This document shows, piece after piece, positions 1 through 11,440 of a DNA stretch of 64,000 nucleotides (positions are counted from its first letter, which is position 1; each line of letters opens with the position of its first letter). The position numbers were made by a program, and so were the translations under genes. Location: the NCBI GenBank assembly GCA_026770705.1, contig JANJGN010000034.1:11346001-11410000 (forward strand). The letters are read 5' to 3'. The stretch is from Isurus oxyrinchus. Taxonomy: Eukaryota. The notes below the pieces were generated by a model, which made no database searches, was not told the DNA's origin, and was given only the letters and a program-made list of their open reading frames with translations.

Positions 1-225
1 TTGGTCCAAAAGCCTCAGCCTTATCTTTTGCATTCACGTGTTCGTCTTCCCCATCATTGCGGATGGGGATTTTTGTGGAGCCTCCTCCTCCAATGAGTGG
101 TTTAGTTGTCCACTACCATTCACAATTGGATGTGGCAGGACTGCAGAGCTTAGATCTGATCCGTTGATTATGGAATTCTTTAGCTCTGCCAGGTTAGCAA
201 TGGTGGCACCAGAATTGAACCTGGG
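1..225 (-). mobile_element. Fragment of a CR1/L2-group LINE ORF2
   Basis: Paralogous to 41497-41720, which is continuous with the RT-bearing LINE at 39770-41720. Confidence 0.8.
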
Positions 226-229
226 GAAA

Positions 230-612
230 TTCAGGTGCAGTACCATTAACACTGTATTCGTAATTCAAAGGCCCAGGATAAGGCCCTGGGGACATGGGTT
301 CAATTGCTACCACAATATCTAATGGACTTTAAATTAAATTAATAAATCTGGAATATAATGCTAGTCTCAGTAATGGTGACTAACCAGGGCAACTATCATT
401 CATAGACAGATAATCAAGCTGGTTCACTAATGTCCTTTGGGGTAGGAAATCTGCGGTCCCTAACACTTATGGCTTCCAAACACACAGAAATGTGGTTGAC
501 TCTCAACTGCCTTCTGAAGTGGCCTAGTAAGCCATTCAGTTCAAGGGCAATAAGGGATGGGCGGCAAATGCTGGCCTTGCCAGTGACACCCACATTCCAT
601 GATTTTTTAAAA
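230..612 (+). mobile_element. tRNA-derived SINE with LINE-type 3' tail (copy 2 ~41725-42110)
   Basis: Degenerate B box GGGTTCAATT; tail GGGCAATAAGGGATGGGC...CCCACATTCCATGA matches the LINE 3' ends at ~13320-13380 and ~39775-39830. Confidence 0.75.
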
Positions 613-1425
613 CATAAAAGCCAAGGTCTCCTGATTCTGATGATTTCTAATCACTTTTGTTGAATACATATGTACATTTGGAGATCAGGGATGGAGAGGA
701 TATGATTCCTGCTGTGAGCTGCAATTTTAAAATGTGAGATCTGTACAAACCTGCTGGGCACATATAGCAGTATGGTTGCATCAAAATGTATTGTTCTGAG
801 AAAAAATATCTATTAAAATTTGAGTTGGACAATTATGATTCTTTCCCTCAAACCAGTCTGAATTTCATCTTTTATCGGATTTAAAAATAAACTAATTAAC
901 TTCATTGAAAATACTTTAACTTTATTTATTTAACTTTATTGAAAATGAAACCCGAATTTTCACTGAAGAATCACACAACTGTTCAAATACTACGTACAAT
1001 AAACTCGTATGTGTTACATCATCTGGTGTTCCCGCTCATAGAATTAAGATTGAGCCGTTATGTCTAATGGCTTCTGGGATCATACCACAATAGGTTATCA
1101 CCCCCGAAAGTTAATTCATTTAAGATTAGTCTGTAAACAAAGAAGTGTATAGCCAACAAAAACTGTTCCAATACTATCAATTATCAGTGAACATAAATTT
1201 TATGATGAGTTCTGTCTCAAAAACATCTAAGTATTTCGAGTATACTTATTTACATAAATAATCTGAGGCAATTTTCCTTGGCAATGTAAATGTGATGAGC
1301 TATTTGTTTACATGTTTCAGTAAATAATCCTTATATGCAAACAATCATTTATTTCCCTTTTTCAATCTGAAATGTAGCAGGTATGGTGATAAGTTACAAA
1401 AGTAATGATCTGTTGGAGCACCTGC

Positions 1426-1719
1426 AGCTACCATTTAGATTGTATAGGTCACTTTTTACTCTGCTAAAGGAGTTGAATGCATAGAACTTGAATCGTCCAT
1501 CAGACCTAATCACTAGTGATATATAGTGAGAGATATAGTGAGAGTTCTATTACCACCACTTAGATCAAAGCTGCTATCCGTAATAATAGCACGATTATCC
1601 TCAAGCCACTGAAATGAAACTGCAATGCCTGATACGATGCATGTCAGATGTCAATACGGTGTCATTGTATTTGACTGTGTTGGTGACACTGGTGATAATA
1701 TTAGGTTTGTAAACAGGTT
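1426..1719 (-). pseudogene. Gene A, copy 1: CEACAM-like IgC2 pseudoexon
   Basis: Acceptor ttcctgtattttgacag, then EPVYKPNIITSVTNTVKYNDTV /fs/ LTCIVSGIAVSFQWLEDNRAIITDSSFDLSGGNRTLTI /fs/ SLVIRSDGRFKFYAFNSFSRVKSDLYNLN; frameshifts, second Cys lost, donor degenerate. Confidence 0.85.
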
Positions 1720-4599
1720 CTGTCAAAATACAGGAAAGTAGTTATCAGAACTTAAAAGTAAGTTTGGAGGATGGTGGATTTAGCTCCAAGTTCTAAAGGC
1801 AGCATTTCATTTTGAATTTTCATCTGTTGTTTCCTTTCGGTAATAATTCCTGTGATGCTGGTGTTAATAATTCTACGATCTTTATCCCCACCCCACTACC
1901 CCCACGCAACCCCCACCTCCCCCTCACCACACGTGCCCCGCACACCCACACCCTCCACCCCCAACGAGGTAAACCTGTCTCCTTGAATATATTGCTCACT
2001 TAGAATATCAACTTAAATAAATTTCCAATCATGAAAGGAACATAGCCTACTAAACCAATTACAGACTCGGTCCTAAAATAAAATGTCCTCTCCCCGAAGA
2101 CCTCGAACCTAATGTATTTTTTGAAGATAGAACATGCGTAGAGGTATCTTATAGCAGACTGAACTATTGTGTAGTTTCCCAAAATCAGCTCTTCGGATTC
2201 TAGCTTCGACTCCTAGGATATTTTGATCATGTATGTGGGCTCGCGGGGGAATATAGATTGGAGACTGCAACTCTTGTACACTTACTTAATACATGTTTTA
2301 AATCAAAGCCAATTATATATTACAGCTAATACATAAGACATATAGATGATAACTAAATCAAATCATATCATCTCAATAATATTTAAGGGAAATACATTTT
2401 AACCCACCATAATCAGCAGTTCTTTTGCATAAAAAACAAATATCAATTAGAGATAATCATACGCACAAACCATTGTAATTACTCAAGATTCTGCAGTGTC
2501 TTTGCCTCAAATATAGGGAATCCAAGCTTAGACTGATACTCATTCTATGGCTGCAAAGAAGGCCAAAAGATTGTTGACCTATGGGCACCATTACCATCTG
2601 TCTGTTTAAAAACATCGCAGCTGAACACAAAAAGGCTTTCATTATGCATTGGTGTTTGTGATTCCAAAAGAAAAAGCAGTGAATGAAAATAAACTATTTA
2701 TCGGAACAATGTCATTGGTGAATGTAGATAAGAGACCTTTACAGACTAAAAGGAAACATTTTGGTTGGCAGCCATTCAAATAGTAGAGAGACAATCCAAA
2801 GGCTTTTTTGGTTATCTTTGGACTTGACATCCTCGCAACGATTCATGAACTGTATCCATGCTATAATATCAAGTTCTATGCCTAATTGTTTTCCTCTATT
2901 AATGTTAATTAGTGCGTCTTAAATTTGCAATAATTGTGTTAGTTTTGTCACACTGTCAACTTAAACCGTGCAAGATCTATCTGTTGATCCCTGAGATTCA
3001 GACTGCGCAGCAGAGACTTGCACTCCAGTAATATAACATTCTGCCCTTCTCATCATTCTCAAAATAAGAGCCAAACTACTCACTGCAATAAAAAAAAGTT
3101 TCTCCTCATAATACTTCTGTTTATTTTATTAATTACTTTAAATTGGTGTCCTCACGTTCTCGATCCATTTCTACTGGGAATAGGTTCTCCCTAACTACTC
3201 TATCCAAACCCCTCACTATTCTGATACCTCCATGGAGCAGTTCCACTGGTGAGAAACCAGCTGGAATTGCAGCTCGATGGCGCAGCTGGGCTGAGTGCCA
3301 GTCAGAAATCGGGCTCCAGAGGCTCCTGATGTTTCTCACTGCTCGCTCAGCCTCTCCGTAGCTTGGAAACGGACAGGCAACTGCTGACAAGAGCGATCCC
3401 ATTGAGCTTGGCAAATTTTCTAAAGTGCTCATGGAAGGATTGTGGTCTGCAGTGAGACGGTTTTATCTGGAAACCCATGTGTGTAAAGTATGGCCAGCAG
3501 CATCTTGAACGGTTTCGTCCATCACCTCATAAACACAGGGCGGGACTGGTGATGGACGAAACCGTTCAAGATGCTGCTGGCCAATAGACTCCTGATGTTT
3601 CTCACTGCTCGCTCAGCCTCTCCGTAGCTTGGAAACGGACAGGCAACTGCTGACAAGAGCGATCCCATTGAGCTTGGCAAATTTTCTAAAGTGCTCATGG
3701 AAGGATTGTGGTCTGCAGTGAGACGGTTTTACCTGGAAACCCATCAATAGACTGCAACAAGGCGGCAGCAGCCCGCCGTTCGCGTGTAGGGTGTTGAAAG
3801 GATGGCACAGAGGTCCGCCCCTATGTCGTCAGTGGCCAGGCTGCCCCCTGCCTCTCACTCCAGCGCGTTTATGGGCCGGCAGCTGCTGCAACGCCAACTG
3901 GGAATTTGCAAAATAACTTTTTCAACACTTCTTTCGCGCGACCGCCGTGCACCAGGGCTGTGCTGGGGAGCGCTACCCCGAAACAGGAAGTGCTAAATGT
4001 TACCCGCGCTGCGGCAAGGCCATAGAGACCGAGCATTTAACGTCTGAGCTGCGCACTCGCTGCCCCTCCCCAGCCACCAGTGAGCACAAAGGAAGTCACT
4101 ATTGTCACAAGCATAGCAAGGTTATATTCCGTGTCCGGGTCCACCCCAAACTCCGTCATATCACCTCTGAACCAGCATTTTGAAAAGGCCACAGGCACTG
4201 CTTCAACATGGGCCACTGGACGTATTCAGGTTTCTGGGCAGTTCAACTTCAACAAAGTCACAGATTCTTGAAATTCTCCAACCCTGATGGTGTCTGAATA
4301 AATCAACACCGAGACCGTAAGTACCGATCCACCCGATAATAGGAAGCCCGTGCAGCGTCCATTCTCCAGGTGTTCTTCAAAAGCAGGAAAGCAGAAAATT
4401 GTGATATTTGAACAACTTGTTTGGAAAAGGTCAGGACACCGGAACATTTCACACAAAAATGCCGAAGACACGAGATATTACTCCCAGATCAAGAACTGGC
4501 ACGTTGCATGGTGCTGCGCCAACCCAGTTAAGTGAGACCGCTGATTGTCTCCCGCTCCAGCAATGTCTCAAGTTTGAAAAGGTTAAATGGCACAAAGCC

Positions 4600-4850
4600 C
4601 GAGTCACGTCTTAATCTCCGTGAGCCCATTCTGTCCCCTGAAATCACTGCGATCCTCCAATTCTGGTCTCTGAATTACAACGAACATTAATCACTCTTTC
4701 ACGGGCGGACATGCTGTTCACCTGCCTCAGTCCTAAATTCAAGAAATCCGATCCTGAACATTTCCACTTCTCTACCTCTTCCTGTTCAATAAGCAGCTTA
4801 AAACCGTTCCCTTTCACCGAGGTTACAGTCACTTGTCCTCTTTTTTTGCC
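4600..4850 (-). pseudogene. Gene A: degenerate V-set-like exon remnant (copy 2 ~45890-46140)
   Basis: VTVTSVKGNGFKLLIEQEEVEKWK... then, in a shifted frame, VVIQRPELEDRSDFRGQ, resembling the V-set E/F-strand motif LxIxxLxxEDxGxY. Confidence 0.4.
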
Positions 4851-5189
4851 CGGTGTCAAATTGAATTTAGTAACAGCGCTAAGAAGCAGCTCGTGACGCT
4901 GTGTTAGGTTAAAGGGACTTTATAATTGTTAGGTGGTCTCATTTTGTTTACTGGCCCTGTGTTATTGAAAGGATGACCTTAAATCGCCAGTGGGTGGAAT
5001 TTCTCCCTGAGCCGGCAGCACAAATCGGGTGCGGTCACTTTGGCCGTCCATTAAAGCCCGTCGCCGTACCCCACGGCTCTTCCCCACACTCCGAATATCG
5101 GACCCCTCGCCGGCTTAGATCTGGTTTCCCGTTCCTATTTAGATCATTTGACCTCCTGGCGAGGAGGAGGCTAACGGAAGATGGCCGGC

Positions 5190-5385
5190 GACAGGGAAGT
5201 AATGCGATAAAGGCCGCAGATTCCTTCTACGTTCAACTGCGGCAGCAACACTGGGTACTCAGCTCTGAATGGACGGAGGTCAAGTCCGATGTTTATCGTC
5301 CCTCCCTATTCCAACGACAGACTGACCGATACCTTTCTCCCTGAATACTCAGTTCCTATACCCCGCCTCAGTCGACGGCTCCACT
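5190..5385 (-). pseudogene. Gene A: degenerate N-terminal IgV exon remnant (copy 2 ~46480-46675)
   Basis: VEPSTEAGYRN*VFREKGIGQ ... RAEYPVLLPQLNVEGICGLYRIT parallels gene B VEPSAVVRNGRWQFGDKSIAK ... RAELFLPYGSLLLNSVTGSDGGDYTIN; shared GTGGAGCCGTC. Confidence 0.6.
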
Positions 5386-5699
5386 GGGTTTGCGGGGGGG
5401 TGGGGGGTTTGGTGGGGGCGGGGGGGCTGGGGGTGGGGGGGGGCGATGGGTCGGATGGGTGGAAATGCTTTGCCTCCGACTGTCACATTTATCTGAATGT
5501 TTTCTTTCAAGGTACTTAAACCCTGGGGATCAGCTAAGGAAAGGTAATCACATCAGTGAAGCGAAGCGGCCAAACTCGACACGGCATTTTCTTTTCTAAA
5601 CTGATAATTCCTGTTATATTTTAACCTGATTCTCTGACAAGCTCTTTTTGTCTTCCTTCTCTATCTTTAAAAGAAATCATAGGAGAAATTGATACTCAC

Positions 5700-5815
5700 C
5701 TTTATCCATTAATAAGCAAAGAGCGACCACAGTTAAAAGGGGTCTGATCAACCCAAGAAAACCTCGCCCACTGTCACACACTCGGTACAACTCGGTGACT
5801 GACCCGCACTTCCTG
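5700..5815 (-). pseudogene. Gene A leader exon without an upstream ATG (copy 2 from 46991)
   Basis: SGRGFLGLIRPLLTVVALCLLMDK+G followed by a phase-1 donor AAG/gtgagt; same position relative to the promoter as the gene B leader. Confidence 0.65.
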
Positions 5816-5915
5816 GTGTGCAGAGAAGATCAGGTCAATCATTGGCTAAAGCTGCAAAGCTGATTGGACCGAGTGCTTTTAACCCAACTGGAAACCTCAC
5901 TTCACAGAAAAGCAG
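5805..5915 (-). promoter_or_regulatory. Gene A promoter: two CCAAT boxes and an ETS-like CAGGAAGT (copy 2 ~47096-47205)
   Basis: ATTGG at 5841 and 5863, ACTTCCTG at 5808; similar to the gene B upstream region (ctgattggaccg, ctcggtgac, ttcacaga). Confidence 0.6.
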
Positions 5916-5937
5916 CTGCATATACATTCGAAATTAG

Positions 5938-6080
5938 GCTTGGCCTAAATAGCCAAGTGGTTATGGTACTGGGTTTGTAACCTCAAGAGTTCAAATCTCA
6001 CAATGGCAAACTATGAAACAATGTAACTTCATCTGAATAGGAACAGATGGAAACGTGTTTGTACTCGAAAGAGTTACTTT
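5938..6080 (+). mobile_element. Short tRNA-derived SINE with apparent 7-bp TSD GAAATTA (copy 2 ~47228-47372)
   Basis: A box TAGCCAAGTGG, B box GAGTTCAAATC, non-tRNA 3' body; GAAATTA flanks both sides. Confidence 0.7.
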
Positions 6081-7089
6081 AGAAATTATTGAAAATATGC
6101 AACGAAGTCGGTTTATTGTTAGTTGAGCAATTAAAACATTTCTCCAGGAATTAAAACATTAAAAAAAAATTTAAAAAATCTCCGGGAATGTATTGCTGAA
6201 AGGTGAGTTTCAACTGGAAATGATTATTCCCTGGCCTACAATTTTAATCTAATTGGATAGTCCATTCAAAGGTTCCCGCTGATTGGCCTCCTTCTATAGT
6301 GGTGGGGGACGGCGGGCGAGGAGGAAGGTGCATAGTGTCATTTATTCATTATGTTTTGCGGCTTAGTTGTCAACATTCTCGCTGTGAGCCGGTACGTTGT
6401 GGGTGCCATTTCCCACTCCCGCTGTCCGCCACTCTTATGTGGCCTGCAGTCCTTCCAGTTCTCCACACGGGTCACGACTGTGAAAATAAACAAAAAGAGA
6501 CATATATTCGTGTTCAGATGCTGTGCTTTTGGCATTGCTGTTACCCTCCACCACCCCCCACCCACCCCCGACCCCCCAAGCCCCACACACCCCACCCATA
6601 CCCCGCCCGCCGAGTTATCACACCAACAATGAATGCTCCTTCGGGAGGCAATTAAAATCGACCACAGATTAAGAGAAGCATGAATTCCTGACAGTTTGGC
6701 AACATGTCAATCAGAGGATATCTGGGAGCTTCAATCGAACATTTGGCCGAACATTTCACAAACAAACATGTCGGCAGCAGATCATCCATGACGTGGCACA
6801 TCCGGAGTTCAATGTTCAGGTGCAGGAAGGGTAGGGGATGAGGTAGGACTGACCAAGGGTAGGCCCACAGATTACTGACTTTCTGTTTCCGTGTTAAACC
6901 TATACTTGGTCCTACGTATTATATAAAAATTTTACGAAGCTGTCTTATTACAGAGAGCATATTTGTCCTTGCACTCGCTCTCTGAAAAACCACACTCAGT
7001 TTAGTCACTCTTCTTGTCATGCGTTTGTGCCCTTCGTATTGCATTGCGCATTGTATCCAAATAATCGTTCAGTAGTATCGAAGTTGAGT

Positions 7090-8170
7090 ATTGCTGAAAA
7101 ATTGACATGCAATCAAATCTTTTCCTCTTCCACTCATCTGAATAGCTCGCAAAAATTGTAATGCGGGAACAACAATTTATACTGCATGAGCAGAGAGTGT
7201 TGAATGGTTGGCAATAGGATTCTGATTAATGGAGTTGTTGCCATGGAGAATGCAGCATGGGACAGTTAGCTGCTCAGCTTTGTTAAAATTAAAGCCAGGC
7301 AGGACGACTCTGATTAGTGTAGATGTTGCCCTGGGTAATGAAGCAGCAAATGAATTTTCCATAAACATATCTTTGGATGCAAGAAGGTGCAACATGTGAA
7401 AATGTTCATTTTGGTTGCAAAGGACAGGAGCCTGTGAGTGAATATATGTGAGCTCTAGGAGACACAAGTGAGCCACACTGCCACCTGACCGATAATGTTA
7501 AATTGCATTTCAGCATAATTCTTCGCCCAATCAGGATTATTTGGCAGCTGTTGTCCTAACGTGGACCTTCGCCCTAAGTTGGACACTATATTTTGAGAGT
7601 TTTGCAAGCAAAGCCTGATTGGGGATAGTCAGTACCTTCCTTCCCTGTTGTGAACAGCCGAAGGGACATGCTGTTTGATACGACCTTCCAAATGCTGGGA
7701 CGTATCGCCGTTGTACCTGACAATACACTGGCACTGAAATTCAAAGACCACATGGCCAATTGGTGAGTTAGGCCAAAAGCCTTTTTGGCTTGATGGCAAC
7801 GTCCTTTTAGTGGAGATTGCCACCCGGAACCTAATGCATAGGAGCAGTGTGCTATGCCTAGCTTCGTTTATTTTATTGTGACATCGTACCCTTCCAGGGC
7901 AATCTGAAGTAGACTGGGCACTTTTCAGGACTGAATGTGGCAGCCTAAGGCCCACTACTGAGTTTGTACAATATGCAGCAAAGGATAATTCGTTCAGGGG
8001 ACATATTGTTCCACAGGATGACTTTGCTGTGCATGGCACATTGAGTCATTAAAACTGAACTGAGCTCAGTTATGCACCCGTGAAGCCATAAATATTCACA
8101 CACAGGACAATGCCCATTGTTTAACAAAGGAAGCTGCCCTGGCATTGCTTCTTCGCAACTAAACAAAACT
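7090..8170 (-). mobile_element. Penelope-like retroelement remnant: RT C-terminus, GIY-YIG endonuclease and terminal repeat (copy 2 ~48380-49460)
   Basis: HVVFEFQCQCIVRYNGDTSQHLEGRIKQHVPSAV is a decayed GIY-YIG motif (VY.F.C.C...YVG.T...L..RI.QH). Confidence 0.85.
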
Positions 8171-8184
8171 TATGGAACAGTCAT

Positions 8185-8430
8185 TGGGCAACACATTGAC
8201 CAATCAGCATCGACCTGCCTGGATTGATTTTGAACAAAGCTGGACGGTTAGTTTCTTGCTGCATTCACCATAGCAAGACTTCTGGCAATCAGAGTCCACT
8301 TGCCAACAAATCTGAATGATCTTCTCTTACAGTATAAATTGTTGTTTCCCTATTTCAATAGGAACCGTCTTGGGAGCAATCCTGATGCAAGGCTAACGGA
8401 CAGCATTGAGACCATGTGTCTACTTCCAGA
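8185..8430 (+). mobile_element. Inverted Penelope terminal repeat (copy 2 ~49475-49720)
   Basis: aatcagagtccacttgccaac...cagtataaattgttgtttccc is a diverged reverse complement of 7150-7230. Confidence 0.75.
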
Positions 8431-9639
8431 AGTACATTGTATTATAGCTTCCTGCTCGGAAATTAAGGATGCAAGTTGTCCGTAAATTAGGCACCCCTAT
8501 TACTGAGCAATCCGATCACTGGTCTATACTGACAAGTTGCTCACGTTTCCATTTACTTGAAAAGTTCGTAAAATGCTAATCTGCCTCTCAATCCCAGTAA
8601 GTGAAATTTCAGATGTCAAAGTAACTGATGAAACATTTTAAAATGCGTATATTTTGAGGTGTCATGATTGAATTGCTTAATTGAGCCTTTTTCTGTTGTG
8701 CTTCTTTGTTCAACCTTTAATTCAACTTTTCTCAACATCTCCCAAGTGCACGACTTGAGTTTCCATTTTCCTCCAATGTTTAGATCTTGGGAGATCACTT
8801 TGGATTCTGCAGTCTCTGATACCTAATTTCCCAATTTGCATTGACTCTGCTCAATCACCTACAGTGATGATATTTGCAGGGAAACTGTGGTCTAACACAC
8901 AGTACTGTACATTGAATAGTAAAGGCCACCAAGACAGATTCAGTAAATTTCCCTTCAGCCCACCCAGTCTTCAGTGACCACTGTGAGTCACAGTTACTCA
9001 TTAAAACTCTCTCCCTCACGAGGCACTTTAGCTCATCACTTTCGAAATCCAACGCCTCTTCTCCTGAGTAGCTTTAGTTCACAGGGTTGAAAATTCTGCA
9101 ATCCGAACACAAATTACTGGCATACTTCCAGCTCTTTTGCAGATGGTTAGTTTCACTAAATTGGCACTGCTGTGCATTACTACAAACTTAGTCTACCAGT
9201 TGCACTGAGCTATAAATGGTTTCCAAAGTTTCTCTGCGCCCTATCTGCCTCACACAGAACCAGCAACATTCCACGACCATCTGAGCTCCCAGTTCTTCTC
9301 TGAACCTGAAGTGCCTGGAGTCTGCTTAGTGTTCTGAAGCATCATTTGACTACATCAACTGTTTGAAAGGGGCACTGCAGTTCAGTTCTGATCATGTAAG
9401 ATGATATGAGATTACATGCTGCATGATTTCTGGATAATGAGTGACCAGGCCTCACCATCACCTGAACCGAATGAAGTGAAAAATGATGAGGACTTCAGTT
9501 ACATGTTTAGATTGCAGATGCTCTGCTTGCCCTCCTGGGAGACAAAACATCTGATATCGGTAACATGATAGATAAGCATAAATATCATGAAGTGTATGGA
9601 CAGAGTTTTTTAGCGAGAGGCTGTTTCCTTTGATGGAAG

Positions 9640-9910
9640 CATCGAGAAACACATGACACTGATTTATAGGGAATGGGGAATGAGGAGACGCTTCTTTCAT
9701 TAGTGGGTCGTTACGATGCAGAATACACTGTCAGAGACTATGATGGAGGCACATTCAATCATGGCTTTAAGAAGGCTTTTGTGCCAAAAATGAAAACATA
9801 TGGGGAAAGGGCAGCGTAGTGGCACCACATGCAATTCTGTCACAGAGAGCTGGCACAGATATGGCAGGCTGAATGGTCTCCCTCTATGCTACAAATATTC
9901 AATGATTCAC
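9640..9910 (+). mobile_element. CR1 LINE 3' end fragment (copy 2 ~50930-51195)
   Basis: Typical CR1 3' sequence: tatggggaaagggcag...gagctggcacag...ggctgaatggtctccctctatgct. Confidence 0.7.
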
Positions 9911-11144
9911 GGAGGAATTTCAACATGAATCGAAGGAAGAGCAAGTACGGTATTAAGCAACATACCCCCTTACGTTAGTGAGGAAATTGCCTCCATATAA
10001 CAATGTTCCACCTCCCCTCCCCCCAGCACCCCATGCAAAACCAAACAACATGTGTTGCAATACAGAGAATCGATCTTCGTTGGTCCGTTTTTTTTTTTCA
10101 ATTCCACCAATAACTTATGCCTTTGTTCACAAATCCCAAGCCGTGCAAACTCTGTTTCTAACTGTCTCTGTTGAATAGAAAGCTCTCATTTTACTTGTGC
10201 ATCTAATGCTTGAATGTGGTTAGTCAGAAGGAAGTCCAAATGTTGCAGCCACTTGTGCGGCAAAAGTGGCTCTGCAAACAGATATTTTTCACTTCTTATC
10301 TCACGATGTCACCTTTCCGCAGATGGAGTAATAATTTGTCAGAACCTTTCAGAATACTGACATGGTTCTCAGAAATTGGACCTTTCAAAATTACACTCAC
10401 TGGTCTTATAGTTATTGAGCGGGGAAGTATTGTTTCATGAGTAGCTGACAGCGGTGCACAATCCAAAGGGAAGACTCATTAGACCATCCTGTTTGACATT
10501 TATCCTGCAGCCATGAGATTATCGCGATTTCATGACCATGTTATTTTACTGCGGTGAAATGAATTGCTCCTAAATCAGGCAACGTGAGCAGCAACATTGT
10601 TCGTATCCTGGGACTTTTCATGTGGATAGAAGCAACACAAAATCATTCGAAGCCAATTTTCAGTCCCTCGTATTTTGTGCAACATTGTCAGGAGTGGCCA
10701 ATTATCTGACGGGCAGGAAATGGTGACTTGGGTATATACACATTGAGGAGTTTTCTGCTCGTCAGTACTTAAAAGAATAGAACTTGCCTAAGGCGGATGG
10801 AGACGGCAAAGCAGCCAGTATGCCATGAAGTGCAATAACACTAGTGGAGGAAAAGGTGGGAGGTATGGCTCACCATTGTTTGGAAGCTGCTTTCAGAAGC
10901 GATGCAATATAATACGTAGAATTTAAGCTCTTAGCAGCTAAGTTGACCGATCAGGGCCGTGCCAGCTTCCATGGTCTGAATGAAAGCCCTCCCACACTTT
11001 TTCACCTAAACCTTATCAACAATCTCCACCATATACTTGGCCAGCTTCTCCCTAAATTAATCGATACTGCTTGACTCAATACTCCCTGTTGCCAAGTCCC
11101 ATATTCTACGCATTCTCTAGTTGTACAGCTTTGACCTGAATTCC

Positions 11145-11440
11145 TTCTCTCTTCAGTCACCGTGCTGCAAGAAATGGGTTGGCGACCATGGATTTGAACA
11201 AATCACATTGTTTCTCAAAGTGCTGCAGTGGTTTGCCATTGCCTTCTGCAACATGGCTCAACAAGACAGTCTCCCGCTCCGACGGACTGCTGTGTGGCGT
11301 GTTGGAAAGGGTTAACAGGATACTAATCAACCTGCCTGCCCACCATATGAACACAGCATCTATTGCCATCACGACTTGGAGTGAGATTTGAACCAGGGCC
11401 TTCTGGCTCAGAAGCAGGGGCACTTACAAGCATGCAACAA
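11145..11440 (-). mobile_element. tRNA-head SINE with RTE-type tail (copy 2 ~52410-52705)
   Basis: Minus-strand B box GGTTCAAATCTC; gtggtttgccattgccttct motif typical of RTE-mobilised SINE tails. Confidence 0.6.

Noticed and set aside
960-1130. NGSILIL..TPDD Ig-like relic (clearer in copy 2, 42309-42554)
   Set aside because: Too short and degenerate to call
5940-6010. Possible tRNA gene
   Set aside because: Variable and T-arm region shortened, no proper acceptor stem, continues into a SINE body with a TSD
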